A stretch of 64,000 nucleotides of DNA from Planctomycetota bacterium (GTDB taxonomy: Bacteria; Planctomycetota; UBA1135; UBA2386), in NCBI GenBank assembly GCA_947501605.1, contig CANMWZ010000002.1, forward strand, positions 64,001 through 128,000, written 5' to 3'. This document shows positions 39,233 to 48,553 of the stretch, in pieces (positions within the stretch are counted from its first letter, which is position 1; each line of letters begins with the position of its first letter). Made by a program: the position numbers and the translations under genes. The notes beneath the pieces were generated by a model. The model searched no databases and had not been told where the DNA came from. It was given only the letters and a program-made list of their open reading frames with translations.

Positions 39233-40237
39233 TCAGCTCGCCGGCGGAGCGTCCGCCGCAGCAGCGCTGGGAGCCGCTTCCGGAACATCCTTGCCGATCG
39301 ACACGGAGTCAGCGTGGCCAGCACGTGAACCGCCGCCGAAGCGACCGCCACTGCCACCACCACCACCACCACCGCCGCCACCAGGACCACCACGGCTCGG
39401 ACCGCCGCGACCTGGACCACCGCGACCTGGGCCGCCTCGACCTCGGCCTTCACCGCGACCATCGCGACCACCCTCGGCCCGACGACCAGGCGCTTGGCGA
39501 TTGCGCACGTCTTCGGTGGCGACGCGCTGGGCATCGCGCAGCGTCGAATCGTCGCACAGCTTGTGACCTTCGATCACGGCTTCCGCCAAGTGACCAAGGA
39601 TCAACTGGACCGAACTCATCGCATCGTCGTTCGCAGGAATGACGATGTCGGCGAAACCAGGGTCACAGTCGGTGTCGAGGATGCAGACCACTGGCACGTT
39701 CATGCGAGCGGCTTCCTTGACGGCATTCTCTTCGCGGCGAGGATCGACCACGACCATGGCGCCGGGCAGACCATGAAGCACGCGCACGCCTTCGAGGTTG
39801 CGGCGGATCTTCTTCATGTCGCGGCGCATCGTCGACTGATCCTTCTTCTTGTAGCGCTCCATCGTGCCCGTGCTCTCGAGGTTCTCGAGCTCAATCAGGC
39901 GCGTGAGGCGCTCGCGAACGGTCGCGAAGTTGGTCAGCGTACCGCCGATCCAACGCTCGGTGACCGCCGGCATCGAAGCGCGCTGCGCCTCGGTCTCGAC
40001 GACCGCGCGAATCTGCTTCTTGGTGCCGAGGAACAGGATCTGCGCACCCGTGGCGGCGAGTTGCCGCAGGAAGTGCGCCGCCCGGTAGAGACCCTTGATG
40101 GTCTCTTCCAGGTTGATGATGTGGATCTTGTGCCGTTTGCCGTGGATGTACGGCTTCATCTTCGGGTTCCACCGGCTGGCCTGATGGCCGTAGTGAACAC
40201 CGGCGTCGATCAACTGCTGGACGGTTACGAGCGGCAC
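39233..40237 (-). CDS. rpsB: 30S ribosomal protein S2 with Gly/Arg-rich C-terminal tail
   Basis: AGVHYGHQASRWNPKM, RWIGGTLTNF, IPANDDA; AGGAG SD, GTG start. Confidence 0.97.
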   Translation of the reverse strand: MPLVTVQQLIDAGVHYGHQASRWNPKMKPYIHGKRHKIHIINLEETIKGLYRAAHFLRQLAATGAQILFLGTKKQIRAVVETEAQRASMPAVTERWIGGTLTNFATVRERLTRLIELENLESTGTMERYKKKDQSTMRRDMKKIRRNLEGVRVLHGLPGAMVVVDPRREENAVKEAARMNVPVVCILDTDCDPGFADIVIPANDDAMSSVQLILGHLAEAVIEGHKLCDDSTLRDAQRVATEDVRNRQAPGRRAEGGRDGRGEGRGRGGPGRGGPGRGGPSRGGPGGGGGGGGGGSGGRFGGGSRAGHADSVSIGKDVPEAAPSAAAADAPPAS

Positions 40238-40291
40238 TCTGGCATCTCCTGAGCCTGCGAAGGGACTGCGTGCAGAAATGTAGGGGCGGGG

Positions 40292-40319
40292 AGCATAGGC
40301 GCGAGCGACTCCGGGTCAA
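40292..40319 (-). promoter_or_regulatory. sigma70-type promoter of the rpsB operon
   Basis: Minus strand TTGACC-N16-TATGCT about 55 nt upstream of the rpsB start. Confidence 0.65.
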
Positions 40320-40595
40320 GAGTGCGCCGGGTCGATCCAACAGACAAAAACAAATCGAGGTCGCAGCCCAGACCGCCGTCGTCACCGATGTTGCGTGCGC
40401 CTCGTCGACCGATCGCAGTCGCCGCCGGCGCCAAGAGTGGGCCGCCCATCGCCACGGCGTGCACACGCCCAGGCAGCGTGGATCCCATTCGCCCCACCGC
40501 AGCCAATGGGCATCACGAGGACCACCCCAGACAGGGTGTGTCAACGGCTCCAACACCCCCCTTTGCAGCCGCGAGTTCGGCCGCATACTGGGATC

Positions 40596-41585
40596 GTGAC
40601 TCAAGCAGCCCCCATTGACCCTAGCCCTGACCTGGTGCTGGTTTGCAACCACGGTCGCGACCCTCTGCAGGAACTCGTAGACGCTCTGGTGCGGGCCGGC
40701 CTTCGAGTCGAGGTTTCGGAATCGCTGGCGGACACGCGCCGCCTGCTGCGCGAGGTTCGTCCCGCAGCCGTCATCCTCAACCCACTCACCCTCGTAACCG
40801 GCGGGATCGAACTCGAGCTCGTCGAGAGCCTGCAACGCGACGACGACCCAGTCCCGGTTCTTGTGCTGCTCGAGGATCTGCAGCTCTTTGCCGATGCCCA
40901 TCACTGGCGCCTGCCGATCCGAGATTTTTTGCGCAAGCCGGCGTCACCGCGCGAAACCCTACATCGCGTTGAGCTCGCGTTGCAGCATCGACGTCGGCAC
41001 GCGACACTGGTGACTCAGAAGCGCGACTTGGAGGGCCAGATCAGCGTCGACTTCAAGACCGGCCTGCTGAGCGAACGGTTCTTCAACCGAATCCTCGCGC
41101 TCGAATGGAAGCGAGCCCGGCGACATCAAGACCCGATGTCGCTGCTGTTGTTGGATGTCGACAACTTCAAGAGTGTCAACGACTCCACCGAGTACACGTT
41201 TGGCGACGAGGTTCTGCGCAAGATCGGCGAGACCCTGCGCGCCACACTCCGCGAAACCGACTTCGCCGCACGAATCGGAGGCGACGAGTTCTGCGTCTTG
41301 CTCCCGCAGACAACCCCCAAGGAGGCGGTCCAGACTGCGATGCGTCTGCGCCAGCGGATCGCCGATACCTCGATTCAGCAAGGCCCGTACTCGCGCCAGG
41401 TCACCGTGTCGATCGGCATCGACGCGCACGACGCCCGCTCGACGAGTAGCCCCGAGATCCTGCGCAGCCGCGCCAATCTCGCGCTCAAGGAAGCGAAGAA
41501 GCGTGGCAAGAACCAGGTCTGGCTCTACTCCGGGCAGCCCGCCAGTGGTGAAGGGACCGTTGGCGACGCCGCCACCGCAAGCTGA
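40596..41585 (+). CDS. Diguanylate cyclase: pseudo-receiver + GGDEF
   Basis: DFKTGL, DVDNFKSVND, RETD I-site, RIGGDEF; the receiver-like N-terminus has ILN at the phospho-Asp position. Confidence 0.87.
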   Translation: MTQAAPIDPSPDLVLVCNHGRDPLQELVDALVRAGLRVEVSESLADTRRLLREVRPAAVILNPLTLVTGGIELELVESLQRDDDPVPVLVLLEDLQLFADAHHWRLPIRDFLRKPASPRETLHRVELALQHRRRHATLVTQKRDLEGQISVDFKTGLLSERFFNRILALEWKRARRHQDPMSLLLLDVDNFKSVNDSTEYTFGDEVLRKIGETLRATLRETDFAARIGGDEFCVLLPQTTPKEAVQTAMRLRQRIADTSIQQGPYSRQVTVSIGIDAHDARSTSSPEILRSRANLALKEAKKRGKNQVWLYSGQPASGEGTVGDAATAS

Positions 41586-41760
41586 TCGCGCGCGCCTTGT
41601 AGGGTGAATGGGGAAACAGGCTCGAAACGGGACGCTACAGAGCAGCCAGCGCCATGGCGCTGCGCCGTACGGTGCGACGAGCACGACTCAAGTACCGCCA
41701 TTGCCATTGGCATCCCGGTGCTAGGATTCTTCGGCCACCCCAAACCCAAATCGCCACCGT

Positions 41761-43356
41761 ATGCACATTCGATACCTGATCGCGGCCGCCAGCGTTCTCG
41801 CCGGCCACGCCGCAGCGCAGTCCAACACCGTCGCGGGTCTCGACGGAAAACTCTACGCCATCTCTAGCCCCACGGTCTGGGGTCGCCGCGGCGCGGCCTT
41901 CCCGAACGGCGAGTTCGGCTTCTCTGCCTCGAACACCATGTGCAACCCGGGGACGTTGACGATCCCGTGGTTTGCTGTGCCGCAGAACAACCACCCGAAG
42001 TTCGGCTTCATGGTGACGCGGCTCCTGAACGACCGCATGGTTCAGATCTCGGACCGCAGCTACTGCAAGCACGCGTTCACGTCGCTCAACACGAACAACG
42101 GCGTCTGCCTCCCGTGCACCAATCCGGGGACCGGCTCGGTCATGGGCATCGGTTGCTCCGATGTCTATGCGGCTGGCAACAACGGGGATCGCAACTACCT
42201 CGGCCCGCCGGACGAAATCGATCCGTGGCTCGGCACGTGGAACATGGTCGGCTCGTACTTCGATCGCGGTGACCCCCAGGTGGCGGCGCCGAACAACACG
42301 GACGGCATTCGCAGCACGGTCTCGACGGCTGGCGACGTAGTGAAGAACCGCGTCACGATCAAGGAATCGGACATCATCGCCGGCAGCGTCTACCACTATC
42401 AGATCCACCTTCTCCACGAAGGTGAGTCCGTGCTGGTGCGCAACGACAACCTGCTGTGCCGCCAGGTCAATTACAACTGGAGCGGCACGGCGTGGTCGGC
42501 AGTCAACGCGGCAACCGCCGTGACCGGCTCGGTGCTCAATCAGTGGACCGGCGCCAGCGTCAGCCTTGGTGGCAATGGCACCGATGACGGCCGCATGGCG
42601 GTCGCCATCAAGGTCACCGGCCCAACCAACGGCAAGTGGCACTACGAGTACGCAGTCCACAACATCGACAACAGTCGCGGTGGCGCTTCGTTCCGCGTCC
42701 CGGTCTGCACCAACGCGCGCATCAGCAACATCGGCTTCCGCGACATCGACAGCGATGCGCTGAACCAATGGACCGGTGCGCGCGTCGGCGGCGAACTGGT
42801 GTTCTCGGCCCCGGGCAACAACCCGTTGAACTGGAACAGCCTGTTCAACTTCTGGTTCGATAGCGATGCCGCTCCGGTCGCCGGCAACGTCACGTTCGAC
42901 GAAGCCCGCATCGGCGCCGGTGCACTGAGCTTCAACGTCGCCTCGCAGGTGCCGGGCCTCGTCCCGAGCGTCTACTTCGGCGCCGGCTGCGGCTCGCCGG
43001 CCCTCACTCTCGAAGGCAACGGACTCGCCAGCGTGCCCGCCCCATCGTTCGCGCTGCAGGCGCGCACGGCCGCGGCCACCCCGGTGTTCCTGTTCTTGTC
43101 GCCGACCGCTGCTGGAATCACGCTCGGCAGTGGCTGCACGCAGTACGTCGACAACCTTGGCCTCGAGTCGGTCGGGTTCGTGCTGACCGACGGCACCGGT
43201 CTTGGCAACTACGCGCTGCCGATCCCGGCCGGCATGCTACCGGGGGAAGTCACGTTCCAGGCGGCATCCTTCGTTCCCGCTGGCGGTGCCTTCCTCTCCG
43301 ACTTCAACCTGAGCAACGGGTTGACGGTCCGCGCCGGCCTCACTGGCTGCCAGTGA
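41761..43356 (+). CDS. Secreted hypothetical protein (Cys-containing N-terminal domain, beta-rich C-terminal domain)
   Basis: Signal peptide ending AAA-Q, strong codon bias, TAGGAT -10-like box upstream. Confidence 0.85.
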   Translation: MHIRYLIAAASVLAGHAAAQSNTVAGLDGKLYAISSPTVWGRRGAAFPNGEFGFSASNTMCNPGTLTIPWFAVPQNNHPKFGFMVTRLLNDRMVQISDRSYCKHAFTSLNTNNGVCLPCTNPGTGSVMGIGCSDVYAAGNNGDRNYLGPPDEIDPWLGTWNMVGSYFDRGDPQVAAPNNTDGIRSTVSTAGDVVKNRVTIKESDIIAGSVYHYQIHLLHEGESVLVRNDNLLCRQVNYNWSGTAWSAVNAATAVTGSVLNQWTGASVSLGGNGTDDGRMAVAIKVTGPTNGKWHYEYAVHNIDNSRGGASFRVPVCTNARISNIGFRDIDSDALNQWTGARVGGELVFSAPGNNPLNWNSLFNFWFDSDAAPVAGNVTFDEARIGAGALSFNVASQVPGLVPSVYFGAGCGSPALTLEGNGLASVPAPSFALQARTAAATPVFLFLSPTAAGITLGSGCTQYVDNLGLESVGFVLTDGTGLGNYALPIPAGMLPGEVTFQAASFVPAGGAFLSDFNLSNGLTVRAGLTGCQ

Positions 43357-43389
43357 CCCTGCGCTAGCGATCGCAAGTTGCGAACGCGA

Positions 43390-43423
43390 CGACGGCCGGT
43401 GTGAACCATCGCACCGGCCGTCG
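43390..43423. terminator. 15-bp hairpin between convergent genes
   Basis: CGACGGCCGGTGTGA-ACCA-TCGCACCGGCCGTCG (one G-U pair on the + transcript); no U tract. Confidence 0.6.
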
Positions 43424-43481
43424 GTCTGTACCGAGATCCTCGGCCTGCACCTCGCTCGACGCCGGCACTCGTGCGCTCGGC

Positions 43482-45092
43482 CTACTTCGCTTGAGGCTCG
43501 CGCCCAAGGCGGCGCAGAATCTCGCGCGAGGTGGCGTCGCCCGGGTTGGCCTCGAGCACGAACTCCGCCAACAGCGCAGCGCGGTCGTTCTGCCCCGAAA
43601 CCGCGTAGTAGAGGGCAAGGGCATTGTCGGCTGGCGCTAGGTTGTGCTTTGCCGGATCGAACCCCCGACGCTCGACCATGCGCTCGAACTGCTGCACCGC
43701 GAGCGCATCTTGTCCCACTTCGCGCAAGAGCAGACCGTGCAGTGCGAGTACGGCCGGTGGCGTCCACAGCGCAAAGCGGTCAACGCGAGCCAAAGCCTCG
43801 CTCGCAGCCTGCAAATCAGCGGGTTTGACGGCTCGAGTTCTTCGCTGCTCACCGAGCACGACAGCGCTCTCGTCGAGTGCAGCCTGAGCCATCTGGTTCA
43901 CGACGCCCGTGTGCAAGGCAAACAAGAGCCAGCCGAAGACCGCGAGCGCGACCAAGCGGCCGCGCGGCAACAGCGAACCCGCCTGCTTCAGCGACGCGTG
44001 CTGAAACAGCACATCGCGGCGCCGTAGAAGGCGCCAGCCGAGCAGCGCAGCCGTCGCCGTGATCGCGCCGAGGCCGACCGACAGCAGGAACGGAATCTGC
44101 TCCCCAAACCAGGCGCGGCGAAACCCCCACTCGGTCGCCAGCAGCGCGATGGCGCCGATCGCCAAGTCCTCGCCCCACGTGAAGTCGGCGCGCGCGTTCT
44201 TTCGCTGCTGGCTGACGGCAAACGGCTTTGGCAACGCCGCCCCGAAGTAGAGCGCATCCTTCGGGCACACCGAGACGCAGTCCATGCACTTCATGCATGC
44301 GGGATCGACGACCATCTTGTGGATCGCCACTTCTTCGTGGACGCGCACATTGCTGCTGCAAACCTGGGTGCAGTGACCGCAGGCGTCGCAGGCGTCGGTC
44401 ACCTTGATCTTGCCCGGCGAGAAGCGGTCGGCGACAGCGAAGAACGCGCCGTAGGGACAACCAAAGTTGCAGAAGCCCTTCGCGCCCATCCACCACACGA
44501 TCAGGAAGCCCACGACCAGGACGCTGAGGCTCGACATGATCCAGCCAGGGAAGGTGGCCCAGAACGCGTCCGTCGTCAGGTGCCATTCCCAGTCATCGAA
44601 CTTGGGCATCGGCTTCGTCACCGGGTCGAGCCAGTGCTTCACGTGCGGCCAGAGAAACATGTGGCCCGCAACCACGAACGGTGCGAACAGGAGCACGCGG
44701 CTGCGGATGGGTCGCGGCTTCAGCCCGATGCGTCCCAGGAGCCAAGCCGACAGGTCCTGTAGGGCCACGACGTGACAGGCCCAGCCACAGAACCAACGCC
44801 CGAAGACCAGGGTGGAAGCGATCAGCGCCAAGAACAGCAGGAATCCGGCGTTGATCGTGCCGAGCTCGAAGGTCTGCATCGCCTCCGACGGTTCGACCGG
44901 CGTCACCGTCCTACCGGTCATCGACCAGTGCAGAACGTGCAGTCCGATCAAGACGTGCACCAGGATCAAGACGTAGGCCCGCCAACGCGAGGCCTTGGAC
45001 TTTGCCACGGGACCGAACTTCGGCTTGTGCCGGTCCAGGCGCGGCAAAGCGGCGAGGGGATCGTTTCGCATCGGCAGCGGCGGCGTCGTCAT
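43482..45092 (-). CDS. Membrane 4Fe-4S binding protein (NapH/YccM-like) with C-terminal TPR-like region
   Basis: GRWFCGWAC, FCNFGCPYG, CDACGHCTQVC, CMKCMDCVSVCP; several TMs. Confidence 0.85.
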   Translation of the reverse strand: MTTPPLPMRNDPLAALPRLDRHKPKFGPVAKSKASRWRAYVLILVHVLIGLHVLHWSMTGRTVTPVEPSEAMQTFELGTINAGFLLFLALIASTLVFGRWFCGWACHVVALQDLSAWLLGRIGLKPRPIRSRVLLFAPFVVAGHMFLWPHVKHWLDPVTKPMPKFDDWEWHLTTDAFWATFPGWIMSSLSVLVVGFLIVWWMGAKGFCNFGCPYGAFFAVADRFSPGKIKVTDACDACGHCTQVCSSNVRVHEEVAIHKMVVDPACMKCMDCVSVCPKDALYFGAALPKPFAVSQQRKNARADFTWGEDLAIGAIALLATEWGFRRAWFGEQIPFLLSVGLGAITATAALLGWRLLRRRDVLFQHASLKQAGSLLPRGRLVALAVFGWLLFALHTGVVNQMAQAALDESAVVLGEQRRTRAVKPADLQAASEALARVDRFALWTPPAVLALHGLLLREVGQDALAVQQFERMVERRGFDPAKHNLAPADNALALYYAVSGQNDRAALLAEFVLEANPGDATSREILRRLGREPQAK

Positions 45093-45145
45093 CAGCGGCG
45101 CAGCATACTTGCCCTGTCCGCCGGTGGCCGCTACCACACTGGCCC

Positions 45146-46828
45146 ATGACCGACGCCGCTGCCACTCCCCCGACCGACTTCGTCCGCGACCGTGTGCGCG
45201 CGGACCAGCAGTCCGGCAAGGTCAAGCACGTCGTCACCCGCTTCCCGCCCGAACCCAACGGCTACCTCCACGTCGGTCACGCCAAGGCCATCTGCACCTC
45301 CTTCGGGATCGCTGCCGAGTTCGGCGGCAAGTGCAACCTGCGGATGGACGACACCAACCCCGAGGCAGAGGACCAGGAGTACGTCGACGCCATCCAGGAA
45401 GACGTGCGCTGGCTCGGCTTCCAGTGGGATGGCCTCTATTACGCCGCCGACTACTTCGATCAGCTCTACCGCTGGGCCGAGCAGTTGGTGCAGCAGGGTG
45501 ATGCCTACGTCGACGAGCAGGATGCCGAGACGATGGCGAAGAACCGAGGCACGGTGACCTCGTCAGGCACCGCAAGCCCGTTCCGCAACCGGTCCCCCGC
45601 CGACAATCTCCTGCTACTTCGCCGCATGAAGAACGGCGAGTTCCAGGATGGCACCATGGTCCTGCGCGCCAAGATCGACCTGGCGCACAACAATCTCAAT
45701 CTGCGCGACCCGGTCATGTACCGCATCCGGCACCTGCCGCACCAACGCGCCGGCGCCTCGTGGTGCATCTACCCGATGTACGACTGGGCCCACGGCCAGA
45801 GTGACTCGATCGAGGGGATCACGCACTCGTTGTGCACGCTGGAGTTCGAACACCACCGACCGCTTTACGACTGGTTCTGCGACAAGCTCGCGATCTACAA
45901 GCCGCAACAGATCGAGTTCGCGCGCCTCAATGTCGAGTATCTGCTGACCAGCAAGCGCAAGCTGTTGCAGCTCGTCGAAGGCGGCCACGTCGACGGCTGG
46001 GACGACCCGCGCATGCCAACGCTGCGTGGCATGCGCCGCCGCGGGTTCCCGCCCGAAGCGCTGGTCGCATTCTGCAAGCACGTCGGCCTCGCCAAGTTCA
46101 ACAGCACGCACGAGTATGCCTTGCTCGACCACTACGTGCGCGACTACCTGAACAAGACGTCGCTGCGCCGCATGGCGGTCCTCGACCCGCTGAAGCTCGT
46201 GATCGAGAACTGGCCGAGCGGCCAGGTCGAGATGTGCGAGGCAACCAACAATCCGGAGGACGCCAGCGCCGGCACCCGGCTGGTACCGTTCACCGGCGAA
46301 CTCTGGATCGAGCGCGAGGACTTCCAGGAGAACCCGCCGAAGGACTTCTTCCGCCTGAGTCCGGGGCGTGAGGTGCGTCTGCGCTCGGGCTTCTTCGTGA
46401 CCTGCACCGGCATCGACAAGGCCGCGGACGGAACCATCACGGCCGTGCGCTGCACCTACGATCCGGCGACGCGCGGCGGCAACGCGCCGGATGGCCGCAA
46501 GGTCAAGGCAACGATCCACTGGGTCTCGACCGCCCACGCACTCGACGCCGAAGTGCACGTACTCGACCACCTGTTCACCGTGCCCGATCCACAGGGCCAT
46601 GAGGGCAAGGACTTCCTCGACTTCCTCAGCCCCAAATCGCGCGTCGTGCGTCGCGGCAAGCTCGAACCGAGCCTGAAGGACGCGGCCGCTGGCCAGCGCT
46701 TCCAGTTTGAACGCCTTGCCTACTTTGTCTGCGACGCGAAGACGAGCACCAAGGGCGCGCCCGTGTTCTTGCGCACGACGACGCTGAAAGACAGCTACCA
46801 GAAGACGCAGAAGAAGGCCGGCGGTTGA
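45146..46828 (+). CDS. glnS: Glutamine--tRNA ligase
   Basis: TRFPPEPNGYLHVGH, HSLCTLEF, TSKRKL, GWDDPRMPT, FQFERLAYF. Confidence 0.96.
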   Translation: MTDAAATPPTDFVRDRVRADQQSGKVKHVVTRFPPEPNGYLHVGHAKAICTSFGIAAEFGGKCNLRMDDTNPEAEDQEYVDAIQEDVRWLGFQWDGLYYAADYFDQLYRWAEQLVQQGDAYVDEQDAETMAKNRGTVTSSGTASPFRNRSPADNLLLLRRMKNGEFQDGTMVLRAKIDLAHNNLNLRDPVMYRIRHLPHQRAGASWCIYPMYDWAHGQSDSIEGITHSLCTLEFEHHRPLYDWFCDKLAIYKPQQIEFARLNVEYLLTSKRKLLQLVEGGHVDGWDDPRMPTLRGMRRRGFPPEALVAFCKHVGLAKFNSTHEYALLDHYVRDYLNKTSLRRMAVLDPLKLVIENWPSGQVEMCEATNNPEDASAGTRLVPFTGELWIEREDFQENPPKDFFRLSPGREVRLRSGFFVTCTGIDKAADGTITAVRCTYDPATRGGNAPDGRKVKATIHWVSTAHALDAEVHVLDHLFTVPDPQGHEGKDFLDFLSPKSRVVRRGKLEPSLKDAAAGQRFQFERLAYFVCDAKTSTKGAPVFLRTTTLKDSYQKTQKKAGG

Positions 46829-46838
46829 GCGGAACAGC

Positions 46839-47618
46839 CTAGCGAAGGCCGCTGCCGCGATAGCGACCGCCGCGCAGCGCGAGCACCCGTGGCGGCGGTT
46901 GCAGACGGTCGCGCCGGCGCAGCAGAGCAGCAAACGCGATACCCGCCACGAAGCCCCCGATGTGGGCCCACCAGGCGACGCCGCCCATGCCGTCGACGCC
47001 GAGGGTGAACAGACCCTGCACCACCTGGAGCGCGAACCAGATGCCGAGGAACACCCACGCCGGCACCACGGTCAGGTGCATCAAGAACCCGAGCGGGATC
47101 AACGTCAGCACGCGCGCCTGCGGATACAGCAGCAGGTAGGCGCCCATCACGCCGGCAATGGCGCCGCTCGCGCCGACCGTCGGCAGGGTCGAGTGCGGCT
47201 CACTGAGGAAGTGCGTCAGCGATGCGAGCCCACCGGTGCCGAGGTAGAGCAGCAAGTAGCGCATGCGGCCAAAGCGCTCTTCGACGTTGTCGCCGAAGAT
47301 CCACAGGATCCAGACGTTGCCGAGCAGGTGAAGCCAGCCCCCGTGGAGGAAGATGCAGGTCAGCATCGTCAGCCACTCCGGCACCCACGCGTCGGGTAGT
47401 TCGATGCGTGCGGCGCGGCCACGGCTATACGGAACGCGCAGAATGACGTCTTCCTCGCCGCTGACGCGCGCCGGCACCATCGACAAGTGTGCGGTGACGT
47501 CGTCGAGAGTCTCGCGCGCCGCACCCTGGAACAGGAATGCGATCACGCACAGCGCGATCAGAGCGATCGTCACTACCGGCCGCGTCGTCGTCGGATTGTC
47601 GTCGCGCAGAGGGATCAC
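46839..47618 (-). CDS. Rhomboid-family intramembrane serine protease
   Basis: IPLRDDNP start, FLHGGWLHLLGN, GASGAIAG, WWAHIGGF. Confidence 0.92.
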   Translation of the reverse strand: MIPLRDDNPTTTRPVVTIALIALCVIAFLFQGAARETLDDVTAHLSMVPARVSGEEDVILRVPYSRGRAARIELPDAWVPEWLTMLTCIFLHGGWLHLLGNVWILWIFGDNVEERFGRMRYLLLYLGTGGLASLTHFLSEPHSTLPTVGASGAIAGVMGAYLLLYPQARVLTLIPLGFLMHLTVVPAWVFLGIWFALQVVQGLFTLGVDGMGGVAWWAHIGGFVAGIAFAALLRRRDRLQPPPRVLALRGGRYRGSGLR

Positions 47619-48445
47619 TGGTGATAGCCCGGGCTGCAGCCGCCCTCGAAACTGCGCTGCGGTTCGAGCTCGCGCTGCACGGCGAGCCCATCGCACAGCG
47701 CGCGCACATCGTGGGTGCGGATCCAGTCGACACCCTTCCTCGCCGCAAACAACTCGGCCGCCAACGTCGCAGCTCCCCGTTCGGCAGGCGCGCGGCCGCT
47801 GACAGCAGCGAGGAACGACTTGCGCGACACACTGATCAGCAGCGGCAGCGCCAAGGAACGCAGCTCAGGCAGCCGGCGCAGCATCGCGAAACTGACCTCG
47901 GGGTCGGGGCCGAGAAAGAACCCCATGCCAGGATCGAGCACGATGCGCTCGCGCCGGACCCCGGCTGACTGCAGCGCCGCGATGCGCTGGGCGAAGAACT
48001 GCATGGCCTCGGCCACCGCGTCGCCGCCACCGCCTTCGCGTCGCGCCCGTCCGTCCTGTTGCCGCGCGAACATCACGACCAGCTTCGCCTGTGAACGAGC
48101 GGCAACCTCGATCGCGGCCTCGCTACGAAAGCCACTGACGTCGTTGAGCCAGTGCACCGACAGCGCCGTCATCGCCGCCATGACCGCCGCCTTGCGCGTG
48201 TCGACCGAGACCTGGAGCCCTTGCCGCACGAGCGCCGAGACCACCGGCCGCAACCGTTCGATCTCGACCTCCGCAGTCACATCTGCGGCATCCGGATGGG
48301 TCGACTCGGCGCCCACATCGACGACCGCAGCCCCATCGCGCGCAAGTTGCTCGGCGTGCGCGATCGCCGCCGCCGGATCGAAGTAGTGGCCGCCGTCGGA
48401 GAACGAATCCCGCGTGACGTTGACGATGCCAAACACTGCGGTCAT
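47615..48445 (-). CDS. folP: Dihydropteroate synthase, Sul-like type
   Basis: FGIVNVTRDSFSDGG, LNDVSG, DPGMGFFLG, SVSRKSFL, LAAEL, IRTHDV. Confidence 0.93.
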   Translation of the reverse strand: MTAVFGIVNVTRDSFSDGGHYFDPAAAIAHAEQLARDGAAVVDVGAESTHPDAADVTAEVEIERLRPVVSALVRQGLQVSVDTRKAAVMAAMTALSVHWLNDVSGFRSEAAIEVAARSQAKLVVMFARQQDGRARREGGGGDAVAEAMQFFAQRIAALQSAGVRRERIVLDPGMGFFLGPDPEVSFAMLRRLPELRSLALPLLISVSRKSFLAAVSGRAPAERGAATLAAELFAARKGVDWIRTHDVRALCDGLAVQRELEPQRSFEGGCSPGYHQ

Positions 48446-48553
48446 GCGCGTTCCTTGTAGCACGTGCGCCACCTTGTGACAGCCGGACCGGGAAACGACC
48501 CGCTTCGGTCCACCGCCCTTGCACGAATGGAGCAGCGGCCTAGACGCACCGCC

